From a virus (lineage: Duplodnaviria > Heunggongvirae > Uroviricota > Caudoviricetes): a stretch of 64,000 nucleotides of DNA. The position numbers were made by a program, and so were the translations under genes. The notes under the pieces were generated by a model. The model saw only the letters and a program-made list of their open reading frames with translations. It was not told the origin of the DNA and searched no databases. The stretch spans positions 41,348-105,347 of the IMG/VR virus record IMGVR_UViG_3300025889_000082. The stretch is one strand, 5' to 3'. Shown here one piece after another: positions 54,885 to 64,000 of this stretch (positions are counted from its first letter, which is position 1; every line of letters starts with the position of its first letter).

Positions 54885-56135
54885 ATGTCTGAAAACCAAC
54901 CCCTTTTACAGCAGCTTCAGCAGATGTTACACTGGAAAAAATCAAAGAAATACTATGCTGAAAAGCTAGGAGTCACAGAAACTGAGATTGATGAATTGTT
55001 AGAAGAGATAAGAAAACAAGAAAGGGTTGTAGAAGATGCTGAGGTTGGGAACTACATATCTGATTTAGAGGACGTGGTTGTTAAGTTCATGGAGGATGTG
55101 AGCAAAGGAACAGGTGAGGTCATAGCAAATGTATCTCAAGAAATCAAGAGCTTAGAGGAACTTATAGAGAAATGTAAGATAGACACAGAGAAATGGGAAG
55201 TAACTAAATATGTACAAAACTTCTGGGGAAATGGAGAGAATCCCCACTGGCAGGTGAAAGCCTGGTTAGGAAAGAAGTCTACAGAGCAGGTGTTTCAAGA
55301 TAGCTTTGTAGACTTTTTAAGTTCATATGAGCCTGTGTGTCAAGCAATTGCAACTCCTAAGATAGAAGTGAATAAAGAGTTTGCAATGTTAATTATCAAC
55401 AAACAAGACTCCCATTTGAACAAGTATGATATTGATGGAGACAACAATATTACAAATAGATTAGCTCAGATTATGTACAAGGTTGAGGTGATTGCTTCTC
55501 AAGCAGAGATGACTAACAACCTAGAAACAATAACCTACATCATTGGTTCTGACGAGTTCAATAGTGAATATACCAACGCAACAACAAAAGGTACTCCTCA
55601 GCAAAATACACATACATACCATACTTCCTTTAAATATATCTGTGACCATGAAATTTTAATGATCTCAATGTTATTATCACATGCTCAACAGGTAGAGGTT
55701 ATATATGTTGCTGGGAACCATGATGAGTTTGTAGGATGGCACATGGTAAATTGGTTGAAGATGTTCTTCAGAGATGAACCAAGAGTAATTATAGATGATT
55801 CTCCTAAGTATAGAAAGTACGTAAGTTATGGTGACTCTGCAATGATGTTTAACCATGGAGACGCTATCAAGCCTGCTAAGCTAGCTGGTATATTCCCAAT
55901 GGAGTTTAAAGATAGTTGGTCTGGTCACAATAACTACTATATCTTCACAGGAGATAAACACCATGAAGTGAGCTTGGACTTCAATGGTATCAAGTTCTAT
56001 CAAATTCCAGCTTTCTCTAAAGCTAAGAGTTTATGGGATGACAAGATGGGACATGTATGTTCTAAAGCAGAAGTTACAGGGTTCCTCATTGAGTTTGATA
56101 ATGGAATGACAAATATATTCAAACAATATTTATAA
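54885..56135 (+). CDS. calcineurin-like metallophosphoesterase-domain protein
   Basis: C-terminal half carries VIYVAGNHDEF (GNH[DE]), FNHGD and FTGDKHHE, which resemble MPP metal-binding motifs. N-terminal coiled coil. Confidence 0.4.
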   Translation: MSENQPLLQQLQQMLHWKKSKKYYAEKLGVTETEIDELLEEIRKQERVVEDAEVGNYISDLEDVVVKFMEDVSKGTGEVIANVSQEIKSLEELIEKCKIDTEKWEVTKYVQNFWGNGENPHWQVKAWLGKKSTEQVFQDSFVDFLSSYEPVCQAIATPKIEVNKEFAMLIINKQDSHLNKYDIDGDNNITNRLAQIMYKVEVIASQAEMTNNLETITYIIGSDEFNSEYTNATTKGTPQQNTHTYHTSFKYICDHEILMISMLLSHAQQVEVIYVAGNHDEFVGWHMVNWLKMFFRDEPRVIIDDSPKYRKYVSYGDSAMMFNHGDAIKPAKLAGIFPMEFKDSWSGHNNYYIFTGDKHHEVSLDFNGIKFYQIPAFSKAKSLWDDKMGHVCSKAEVTGFLIEFDNGMTNIFKQYL

Positions 56136-56872
56136 TGGCTACATTAAGAAAAATGGTCTCAGATGTGCGTGCAACACATAAACTGTTATCAACAGACAAC
56201 TTGATAACAGATAGAGTTGTTGCGTCTGAGATTAAGAATAACACAATTTTACTGATAAAGAGAGAAACAAATCTTAGAAAGCTTTGGGCTACTGACACTG
56301 TATTCCAAACGCTTCCTTGTTTAGAGATGATAGAGGTACCTATTTCTGATTGCTGTGAGTATGTTGATCCTTGCACTGTTGCTAGGAGTAAATACAAACT
56401 TCCACGTATCAGTGAGGGTAACTATCAATATCTAATCCAAGGTGTTTACTCTATCAACGCAATGGGTGGTAAGGGTAAAAGATTTAAAGAAATCACAATT
56501 AACAGATACTTAAATTTATTAAAACTGCCCATCATTAAGAATGAACAATACTATTGGATAGCTAATGGTGGATATTTATATGTTAATAACCCTAACTTAA
56601 AATCAGTTAGAATTTCTGCTTTCTTTGAAGAAGATGTTCCAAATGACATATTATATCCTCAAGAGTGTGCATGTGGTGCTACTCCTCCTGTGAGTGATGA
56701 AGACTATTGCATGAATCCTTTAGATAAAGAATTTGGATGTCCTGGTTACTTGGAAAAGCAAGTGTTAGACCTAACATCTCAAAAACTTTTAAGTACTTAT
56801 TTCAACATTAAAACAGATCAAACCTTTGAAGGTATAGATGGGCAAGCACCAAATGCTAAACCAACTAATTAA
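56135..56872 (+). CDS. hypothetical structural protein
   Basis: 245 aa; ATG overlaps the upstream stop. Confidence 0.4.
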   Translation: MATLRKMVSDVRATHKLLSTDNLITDRVVASEIKNNTILLIKRETNLRKLWATDTVFQTLPCLEMIEVPISDCCEYVDPCTVARSKYKLPRISEGNYQYLIQGVYSINAMGGKGKRFKEITINRYLNLLKLPIIKNEQYYWIANGGYLYVNNPNLKSVRISAFFEEDVPNDILYPQECACGATPPVSDEDYCMNPLDKEFGCPGYLEKQVLDLTSQKLLSTYFNIKTDQTFEGIDGQAPNAKPTN

Positions 56873-57348
56873 TGCGAACTAAGATAGACTGGAGAAGTTC
56901 TAGTAAAGAAAACTACAATAACTTTTGCAAGAAACATCCCACAATTAAAATTACATTTGATCAGTGGAGAAACATTATATATCAATATAATGATCATTTC
57001 AAAAACTACATTCTAGAAACAGGAGAGAAAGCAAGGCTTCCTTTTGGTTTTGGTGAGTTCTCTATTAACAAAAAGAAGAGAAGAAAGCTTAAGACAGTTG
57101 ATGGTAAGGAAATAGTAAACCTTCCTATTGATTGGCAAAAAACTAAACAGAGAGGAAAGATTATCTACAATTTCAACTATCATACAGAAGGATTCTTCTT
57201 TGGTTGGACATGGTTTAAAGAATCAACTAGATTACGCAATATTAATCTTTGGTATTTTAAGCCCACTCGTAACACTTCTAGATTGCTGTCACATTACATA
57301 AAAACAGATGAAAAATACCAGCACCTGTACAGGGAATGGAAAAAATAA
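56872..57348 (+). CDS. hypothetical protein
   Basis: 158 aa, basic. Confidence 0.4.
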   Translation: MRTKIDWRSSSKENYNNFCKKHPTIKITFDQWRNIIYQYNDHFKNYILETGEKARLPFGFGEFSINKKKRRKLKTVDGKEIVNLPIDWQKTKQRGKIIYNFNYHTEGFFFGWTWFKESTRLRNINLWYFKPTRNTSRLLSHYIKTDEKYQHLYREWKK

Positions 57349-57354
57349 AATAAC

Positions 57355-58326
57355 ATGGCATATTATTACAAATACAATTTTGTCTCTCCTGAGCCAATCT
57401 ACTCTATTGTTAAAGAAGAGTTAAAATCTTACTTTGACACAGGAGCAGTAGATGATTTGATGTTCCCAACTTACTTAGACAAATGTCTACAGAAGTTAGG
57501 TAGATCTAGTTATGTTATTGCTGAACAAACATTAAATGTTGAAGATTTTGAAGCTAGGCTTCCTGATAACTTCTTTGCTGTAAGAGAGGCTTGGATGTGT
57601 ACTGAGATTCCTCAACTACCTTACCAAACAGCAAATTCATTCTACTCTCAAGCTGCCACAGCCACTACAATTCAGGTTAGTCCTATTACAACAAACTGTG
57701 CTATTCCTAGCCCTTGTTGTGGAAATGTTGGATGTGATGGTAGTTGTATGCCTGAGATTATAGAAACTGTATACAAAACTAATACACAAGCTGCAAGGGG
57801 AATTAGAAAAGAATATCTATTAAAACCAGGTAATATATCTTGTCAGGGTAGATGTGATGTAAGTTATACAGATGCTTGGCAGTTCTATACAAACGTACCA
57901 CCTGTGAGAGAATTCACTCCTGGATCTGCAGGATATGATAGTTTTGATATTAGAGATAATAAGTTTGTTACAAACTTTAGATGTGGTATTGTTCACATGA
58001 TATTTTATGCTACAGATTATGATGCTGTAGGTAATCAATTAATTCCTAACAACTATCGTATTAGAGAGTACATTGAAGCTTTCCTTAAATATAAGGTGTT
58101 TGAAATATTAGCTAATCAGATTAATGATGAAACATTTAATCAAATACAACAGAAGTTAGGTTATTACAAGCAACTTTCAGAAGAAGCCTTTATCATGGCA
58201 TACACTGAGATTAAGAAACAAGATGCATGGACTAAGCAAAGAAGAGTAAGAAATGACTTACAACGTTTTGCACAATATGAATTACCAAATAGAAGCAGCA
58301 GATATGGCAATGGATGGAACAGCTAA
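57355..58326 (+). CDS. hypothetical structural protein with Cys cluster
   Basis: 323 aa. CAIPSPCCGNVGCDGSCMPE. Confidence 0.4.
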   Translation: MAYYYKYNFVSPEPIYSIVKEELKSYFDTGAVDDLMFPTYLDKCLQKLGRSSYVIAEQTLNVEDFEARLPDNFFAVREAWMCTEIPQLPYQTANSFYSQAATATTIQVSPITTNCAIPSPCCGNVGCDGSCMPEIIETVYKTNTQAARGIRKEYLLKPGNISCQGRCDVSYTDAWQFYTNVPPVREFTPGSAGYDSFDIRDNKFVTNFRCGIVHMIFYATDYDAVGNQLIPNNYRIREYIEAFLKYKVFEILANQINDETFNQIQQKLGYYKQLSEEAFIMAYTEIKKQDAWTKQRRVRNDLQRFAQYELPNRSSRYGNGWNS

Positions 58327-61300
58327 CGAGGGAACATCTAACATAAGACAAGAGTACAATCTTGGTAGAGTTGGATTAGACATGGACTCTTCTGTAAATC
58401 AAGTGCAGAAAGGTAAGCTTTCTTATGCTCTAAACGCAGCATTAGAAAACTTTGATGCTAACTCAGTGAGTTATCAGAATGAGCCAAGTAATGAATTTTG
58501 TTTAGAGTTTCCTGAAGGTTATCACCTTATTGGAACTCATTTTATACAAGAGAAAGGTAAACATATATTCTTCTTAGCTAATCCTGAAACAGGAGGAAGT
58601 GAGATAGGATATATGAACAATAATGATTGTGTATATCATACACTTTGCACTCCTATTCCTAATACAGAATTAACTGTTTGTGCTAACTCTGAATGTTTAA
58701 ACTTTGATATAAACTATCCAATACATAAAGCTGTACATAAGATTACAAACTGTACTACAGAAGTATATTGGACTGATGGATTAAATCCAAGAAGATTTAT
58801 TAATATTGAACAAGTTCCTTATATCACCACTTATTTAGATGATGGAATTTGTGATCCTGTTATCCAAGCAACATTAGATTGTAACAAGTTAAAGGTACAA
58901 CCTAATTTTCAAGTACCTACTATAAATATTACTGATATTGTTGTAGGAGGAGATTTAAAAGCTGGTGCCTATCAGTTTGCTATTCAATATTCTAATGCAT
59001 CAGGAGATGCTTACACATCATATTATTCTGTAACTAATCCTACATCTATTGCAAATACAGAGATAACAACTCCTGATTTTCAATACTCTGTAGGAAAGTC
59101 TATTGTATTGAGTATTGATAACTTAGATGTTACAGGATATTATCAATACTTTAACTTAGCTGTTATAAAGACTATCAATAATGGAACCACTGTAGAGTTA
59201 GTGGGAACATATAACATCCAAGAAAAGTCTGTAAATATTACTTATACAGGTCAGAATACAACTCAAATTCCTTTGAGTCTTGGTGATATACTTGAAAAGT
59301 TTCCTTATTATGATATTGCCAAGGACGTAACAAATGTACAAGACGTTATTGTTTGGGACAATTTAACTTCTATAGATAGGATTAACTATCAAAGTATTGC
59401 TAATAAGATTCAACTTCAGTGGGAAACATACAAATTACCAGCTAACAATACGTATGCTCAAGGTTTCTATACTGCTAATCTAAGAGGGTATTTGAGAGAT
59501 GAGGTATATCCTTTTGAGATTGTATTCTTATTAGATAATGGTAAACAAACAGATGGATTCCATATTCCTGGTAGAGCTAAGAATTTCAACGAGCTATCTG
59601 AACCAGATGTAACAACAGCTAATCCAGACTATGTTGGTGATGGAACTCCACAACCATATTGGAAAATATATAATACAGCTAGTGTACTTGTAACTTATCC
59701 TGCTCCTACAGAAAATAGTCCTAAAATAGGTGAAGCTTATCCTTATCAATCTGGAGACTTTGCATATTGGGAGTCTACAGAAAGATATCCTTGTAATATA
59801 GATGTATGGGGAGATTTAGCAGATCAACCAATTAGACATCATAAATTTCCTGATGTTCTTGTAAGTCCCATATTTGAAACAGTATCAACAGACTTTACTG
59901 CTCCTGTTATGCAAAATAAAGCAACCTTTCCAATAGGTGTTAAAATAGATGTACAACAGATAGCATTTCTTATTCAGTCATCTAATTTGACGTCTGAACA
60001 GAAAGCATCTATTGTTGGATTTAAGATAGTGAGAGGTAATAGAAGTACAAATAAATCTATCATTGCAAAAGGTATATTAAGAAATGTAGGTAAATATACT
60101 AGAGAAGGTACAGATTATTATTATCCAAACTATCCATATAATGATCTTAATAAAGATCCTTTCTTACTTGAAGAAAACAATGCTTATAATTCTCAATGTG
60201 ATACATTTTCTATAACAGTTACTACTGCTGGTGTATTACAATATACAAATTGTAATACAGCAGAAGTAGATACATTAGAGTTTGATTCAAGCACTAAAAC
60301 TATTTGTTCTATTACTCTTCCTGTATTAAATAGTGGGGTTGCTACATTTGAAAATATTACAGCCAGTACTTATACAATTAGAAACACATCTAACCCAATT
60401 TTTGGTTTATCTGTTACTTTTAATTATACAGATAGTATTACAGGAACTTTACAAAATATAACTGTACCTAAATTACAATCTAGAACAATTAACTCTATTA
60501 CTGTACCTGTAAAAATATCAGGAACAGATAGTTATACACTCGTAGCTAACAATACAGGTCAAAACACAAATTGTTACCCTGATCAGTTAAATGGATTTAA
60601 TAATATTGATTCTCCATATAGACAAGTATTTAATTCACCAGAAACTTCGTTTGGACAACCTAACTTAGGAAATGTTCTTAAATTAGAAAGTGTATTGTAT
60701 GGTGGAGGTAAGGCACATTTTGTTGAAGTGCAAAAGCACTCTATGTATAAGTTGCTTACAAAACAAACACAAATAGAGGCTTTAAATGCTAGTAAAAAAA
60801 TAGCTGATCTTGGAGGATTTAGTTCTACAGCATTCTTTACAGGATACCAAACATACTTACAAATCTTCCTTAATGGTATAAGTAGAAAGAATTTTACATA
60901 TTCTTTTAACTCTATATCTAGCTATGACTATAGTGCAGAAATACCTAATAATCAAGGAGTTAAACAAAGAGAGCTTGATAAATGTCAATATGTATTCCCA
61001 GGTGTACAAAATGTAGGAGACAATCATGATCTTAATAACTGGAATAGAGAATCATCTGTTTATACTAAAAGTATTGATAGTAGAGATGATGTACCTTATA
61101 CAGTGGCACCCCTTCCTTATCCTAATCAAACTCCTTCTCTTGTCGTAGCAGGTGTTAGTCAAATATCTGATGACTCAAGATTTACTATTTCACAAAAAAA
61201 CAATTGTGCAGCTCCTGAATTTCAAGAAGATATTAAAGTAGTATCTTATTATGGTTCTATAAAGACCATCAACAATAATCAGTGGGGACAAATATATTCC

Positions 61301-62935
61301 TATCAAACTATTGATACAGGATTCCAAAGAATATTTAGTGCATTACCTACTCTAGATTCTGAAGTAATATTTGGTGGTGATACATATATTGGTAAATTTG
61401 GATTTAAAACTAAATTACCATTCTTTATTGATAACAGAGTGGGAGCTCCTGATGACAGTGATATATATTATGATGAACTTGGTAACATAGCTTATCCACA
61501 ATATTGGTATTCAGCAAGGTCTATCTTGTCTGATTATTATGTGGGAAGCACGTTAATGAAAAACATCATATCTACCAAAGCACATCATTTTGATTGTTCT
61601 AATGATGATATTGTAGATACTAGTACAACAACTACATCTACAACTCCTCAACCTGGATCAGTAATAGCTAGTTCTTTAAACTATATATATGATGGTAAGA
61701 TGTATTTATTTGCATATGGTATACCTTATTATTATGTAGAAAGTTCTATAAATGTGGACTTACGTCAAGCATTCAATAACTTAGAAGGTGATTTTTACCC
61801 ACACGTAAGCTCTGGTATTCCTGATCAATGGTTCCAAGAAAGCAGAGTGCCTATTGCTTTAGACAATACCTATTATTATAACACTACTTATTCTAAACAA
61901 AATGTAGAGAATTATTTCTCTCATTTACCTTCAGATTGGAAACAACAGTTATGTTATACATATTTTCCATTTAGAGCAATCTATTCTGATAAACAAGAAA
62001 GTTATTCTGATAACAGAATAAATAGTTGGTTGATATATCGTCCATTAAGTTTCTTTGATTTTCCTCAAAACTATGGCAATCTAATATCTTTAGATGGTAT
62101 TCAAAATAAAGCTACATTAGCTAGGTTTGAAAACAAAACTTTACTGTATGGTAACTTATTAACAATTGATACAAGTAACCCTCAAGCAGCTTATTTAGGA
62201 AATCCTTCATTATTTAGTAGTACCAATCCACCTCCAGTTGATTTTGCTGAGACAGATCTTGGGTTTGTAGGATGTCAAAACAAGATGTTACTCAAGATAC
62301 CACAAGGACAAATTACAATAGATGCTAAGAGAGGACAGATATTCTTAATTCAAGGTACCCAAGCACAAGATATTTCTGGGTTTGGATCTGGTCTTAATAG
62401 ATTCTTTACAGATCATTTGGCATTTGAAATATTAAGATACTTTCCAACAGTTGATACAGATAACCATTTCAAAAATATTGGTATTCATGGTGTGTTTGAT
62501 AGTAAGTTTGATAGAGTAATTATAACCAAATTAGACTACATTCCTCAACCAGGAAAAGAAGTATTCTATGATGAGGTGACTAAACAGTTTTATGTAAATC
62601 AACCAATAGCTGGTGATATTGCAGTTAAGAAGTATGTAGAAGTTACAAACTTAGAGTACTTCTGTAATAAATCATGGACTGCATCATTTAACTTAAATAC
62701 AAAGAGTTGGGTGAGTTTTCATACATATCTTCCTAACTTCTATATAGGAGAAAACAACTTCTTCTATTCTGGTTTAAATGAAGGTTGTGATATCACAGCA
62801 GTGGCAGTTACAGAGATTCCTTCTCCAACCACAACAACTACTACTACAATAATTGTATACTGCAACTTGACTGGTACAGCAGTAGTAACAGGATATCCTT
62901 GTGCATTAGAAGGAACAGTTGAAGAACAACCTTAA
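58304..62935 (+). CDS. giant (~1540 aa) beta-rich virion protein (tail, baseplate or host-recognition); start uncertain (58253, 58304 or 58382)
   Basis: N/T/Y/G-rich and non-helical, so not a tape-measure-like protein. Poly-Thr tracts TSTTTTSTTPQP and PSPTTTTTTTII. Confidence 0.5.
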   Translation: MAMDGTANEGTSNIRQEYNLGRVGLDMDSSVNQVQKGKLSYALNAALENFDANSVSYQNEPSNEFCLEFPEGYHLIGTHFIQEKGKHIFFLANPETGGSEIGYMNNNDCVYHTLCTPIPNTELTVCANSECLNFDINYPIHKAVHKITNCTTEVYWTDGLNPRRFINIEQVPYITTYLDDGICDPVIQATLDCNKLKVQPNFQVPTINITDIVVGGDLKAGAYQFAIQYSNASGDAYTSYYSVTNPTSIANTEITTPDFQYSVGKSIVLSIDNLDVTGYYQYFNLAVIKTINNGTTVELVGTYNIQEKSVNITYTGQNTTQIPLSLGDILEKFPYYDIAKDVTNVQDVIVWDNLTSIDRINYQSIANKIQLQWETYKLPANNTYAQGFYTANLRGYLRDEVYPFEIVFLLDNGKQTDGFHIPGRAKNFNELSEPDVTTANPDYVGDGTPQPYWKIYNTASVLVTYPAPTENSPKIGEAYPYQSGDFAYWESTERYPCNIDVWGDLADQPIRHHKFPDVLVSPIFETVSTDFTAPVMQNKATFPIGVKIDVQQIAFLIQSSNLTSEQKASIVGFKIVRGNRSTNKSIIAKGILRNVGKYTREGTDYYYPNYPYNDLNKDPFLLEENNAYNSQCDTFSITVTTAGVLQYTNCNTAEVDTLEFDSSTKTICSITLPVLNSGVATFENITASTYTIRNTSNPIFGLSVTFNYTDSITGTLQNITVPKLQSRTINSITVPVKISGTDSYTLVANNTGQNTNCYPDQLNGFNNIDSPYRQVFNSPETSFGQPNLGNVLKLESVLYGGGKAHFVEVQKHSMYKLLTKQTQIEALNASKKIADLGGFSSTAFFTGYQTYLQIFLNGISRKNFTYSFNSISSYDYSAEIPNNQGVKQRELDKCQYVFPGVQNVGDNHDLNNWNRESSVYTKSIDSRDDVPYTVAPLPYPNQTPSLVVAGVSQISDDSRFTISQKNNCAAPEFQEDIKVVSYYGSIKTINNNQWGQIYSYQTIDTGFQRIFSALPTLDSEVIFGGDTYIGKFGFKTKLPFFIDNRVGAPDDSDIYYDELGNIAYPQYWYSARSILSDYYVGSTLMKNIISTKAHHFDCSNDDIVDTSTTTTSTTPQPGSVIASSLNYIYDGKMYLFAYGIPYYYVESSINVDLRQAFNNLEGDFYPHVSSGIPDQWFQESRVPIALDNTYYYNTTYSKQNVENYFSHLPSDWKQQLCYTYFPFRAIYSDKQESYSDNRINSWLIYRPLSFFDFPQNYGNLISLDGIQNKATLARFENKTLLYGNLLTIDTSNPQAAYLGNPSLFSSTNPPPVDFAETDLGFVGCQNKMLLKIPQGQITIDAKRGQIFLIQGTQAQDISGFGSGLNRFFTDHLAFEILRYFPTVDTDNHFKNIGIHGVFDSKFDRVIITKLDYIPQPGKEVFYDEVTKQFYVNQPIAGDIAVKKYVEVTNLEYFCNKSWTASFNLNTKSWVSFHTYLPNFYIGENNFFYSGLNEGCDITAVAVTEIPSPTTTTTTTIIVYCNLTGTAVVTGYPCALEGTVEEQP

Positions 62936-62945
62936 ATAAAAACAG

Positions 62946-63812
62946 ATGGCTAAAACAGTAATAATAAGATTGACATGCTCAGGTGGTAGAACAGGACCCT
63001 TTGATATCTCAGATAACTTAGGGACAGTCTTGGGCATTAACATAACTAAGCAAAATCTTATTGATGGATATACTGTTAGTGTTGACAATGATGTTTCATC
63101 AATTATTATAGCTTCTAAAGGAAAATGTAGCACATCTATAACTGTAGCAATTGGTACAGCTACAAAAGAAGAATTAGCTGCATTGGAATACACTATATGT
63201 AATACAGCATCTATGTGGAGACACTTGACTAATATTGAACACTACAACAAATATTATGGTGTTGTAGAACCATATATCATTGAGTATCCATTTGCTTATC
63301 AAACATATGATGAGATACTTCAAAATGTTAAAGACTATAGTAGAGTATTTAACTATCTACCTATTCCTGATGGTGTGTATAATGATAATGCTAAGATAGA
63401 GGTTGATAATCAATGGTTTAACAAAGCTGTGTTATACAATGGACAGCAGTCTACAGGTATACTTGAATTGGTACCAAAGCCAATCAATAATCTAAAACAA
63501 TATTTGACTTACCCAATGTATAATGAGTTTAGCAAAACTATTACCTATACTAAGTCAGATAACTTCTATCAATATAATACTTTCTGGGGATTAGTTAAGA
63601 ATAAATCCTTACCTTTGTTTAATACCACTTGTGAATCATTATCAATAGATAAGGTTGTAAATCAGGCTAATATGGATTATGGAAAACGTTCATTTAAAAA
63701 AGAGCCACTAAGAGCTAAAGATTTGAAGGTTAGACATATTCTTGATAATAGCTCAGAAGCTCACATTGTTTCTCAATTCATTATTGCACCATCTCAAATC
63801 TCTTACAAATAA
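62946..63812 (+). CDS. hypothetical structural protein with GPFD N-module
   Basis: 288 aa. N-terminus is paralogous to ORF 54085. Confidence 0.4.
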   Translation: MAKTVIIRLTCSGGRTGPFDISDNLGTVLGINITKQNLIDGYTVSVDNDVSSIIIASKGKCSTSITVAIGTATKEELAALEYTICNTASMWRHLTNIEHYNKYYGVVEPYIIEYPFAYQTYDEILQNVKDYSRVFNYLPIPDGVYNDNAKIEVDNQWFNKAVLYNGQQSTGILELVPKPINNLKQYLTYPMYNEFSKTITYTKSDNFYQYNTFWGLVKNKSLPLFNTTCESLSIDKVVNQANMDYGKRSFKKEPLRAKDLKVRHILDNSSEAHIVSQFIIAPSQISYK

Positions 63813-64000
63813 TGGCTAGTTGGTTAGACAAATATGAACAAGGAGGTTTAGTCTTAAAGAAGAAGACTAAGGACAACTACAGTCTAAAGGGTAATGCAAA
63901 TGACTCTAAGGTGTCAGTAGGTCCTGGTTTTGTAGGAGCTGGTTGGAATACACAAGGTAGAAACTATTCTCCTGCATGGGGTGGACAGTTTCAAGATGGT
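63812..64000 (+). CDS. 3'-truncated ORF (MASWLDKYEQGG…) continuing past the window
   Basis: ATG overlaps the previous stop (TAATG). Open to the window end. Confidence 0.35.
   Translation, partial: MASWLDKYEQGGLVLKKKTKDNYSLKGNANDSKVSVGPGFVGAGWNTQGRNYSPAWGGQFQDG

Noticed and set aside
1-64000. tRNA genes, CRISPR arrays, integrase or lysogeny module.
   Set aside because: The intergenic regions I inspected (7207-7291, 16606-16667, 26448-26600, 28198-28299, 29135-29407, 29915-30010, 30278-30511, 30716-30908, 31320-32043, 39050-39170, 42046-42235, 54703-54884) showed no cloverleaf-like GC segments or repeat-spacer periodicity. No tyrosine- or serine-recombinase motifs were seen. The scan was not exhaustive and should be confirmed with tRNAscan-SE and a CRISPR finder.

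Overview
This window looks like most of the genome of a tailed dsDNA phage (Caudoviricetes). It is AT-rich and probably infects a Bacteroidetes host, because three late genes are preceded by TTTG-N19-20-TAnnTTTG promoter-like motifs and there is a small lipoprotein gene. The host assignment is an inference. Architecture: (i) 1-1330 on the + strand is the end of an operon encoding lysine-rich, highly basic small proteins and a small lipoprotein, closed by a bidirectional terminator. (ii) 1356-31319 on the - strand is a long replication and nucleotide-metabolism arm: GT2 glycosyltransferase, GroES-like co-chaperonin, HExxH zincin, dUTPase, RecA, class II ribonucleotide reductase (RNR), PD-(D/E)XK nuclease, HNH endonuclease, Hsp90-like GHKL ATPase, UNG-like protein with altered catalytic motif, DnaG-like primase, Sak4-like ATPase, SF2 and DnaB-like helicases, thioredoxin, family-B DNA polymerase, ParB-like protein and many small ORFs. 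(iii) 31320-32043 is a GC-elevated non-coding switch region with a perfect 14-bp palindrome, inverted repeats and direct repeats. (iv) 32044-64000 on the + strand is the morphogenesis arm: MarR-like and HU-like DNA-binding proteins, large terminase, portal, SPFH/band-7 protein, acidic scaffold, major capsid protein with a 3' hairpin cluster, a tail-collar-domain fiber, a 1541-aa proline-free Gly-X-Y repeat fiber with three intercalated knob domains and a C-terminal S74 intramolecular-chaperone domain, a 12-Asp-box BNR beta-propeller protein, a metallophosphoesterase-like protein and a 1.5-kaa giant structural protein. I did not recognise any tRNA, CRISPR array, integrase or reverse transcriptase. 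The ORF track uses some non-ATG starts; several starts were re-derived from the sequence.
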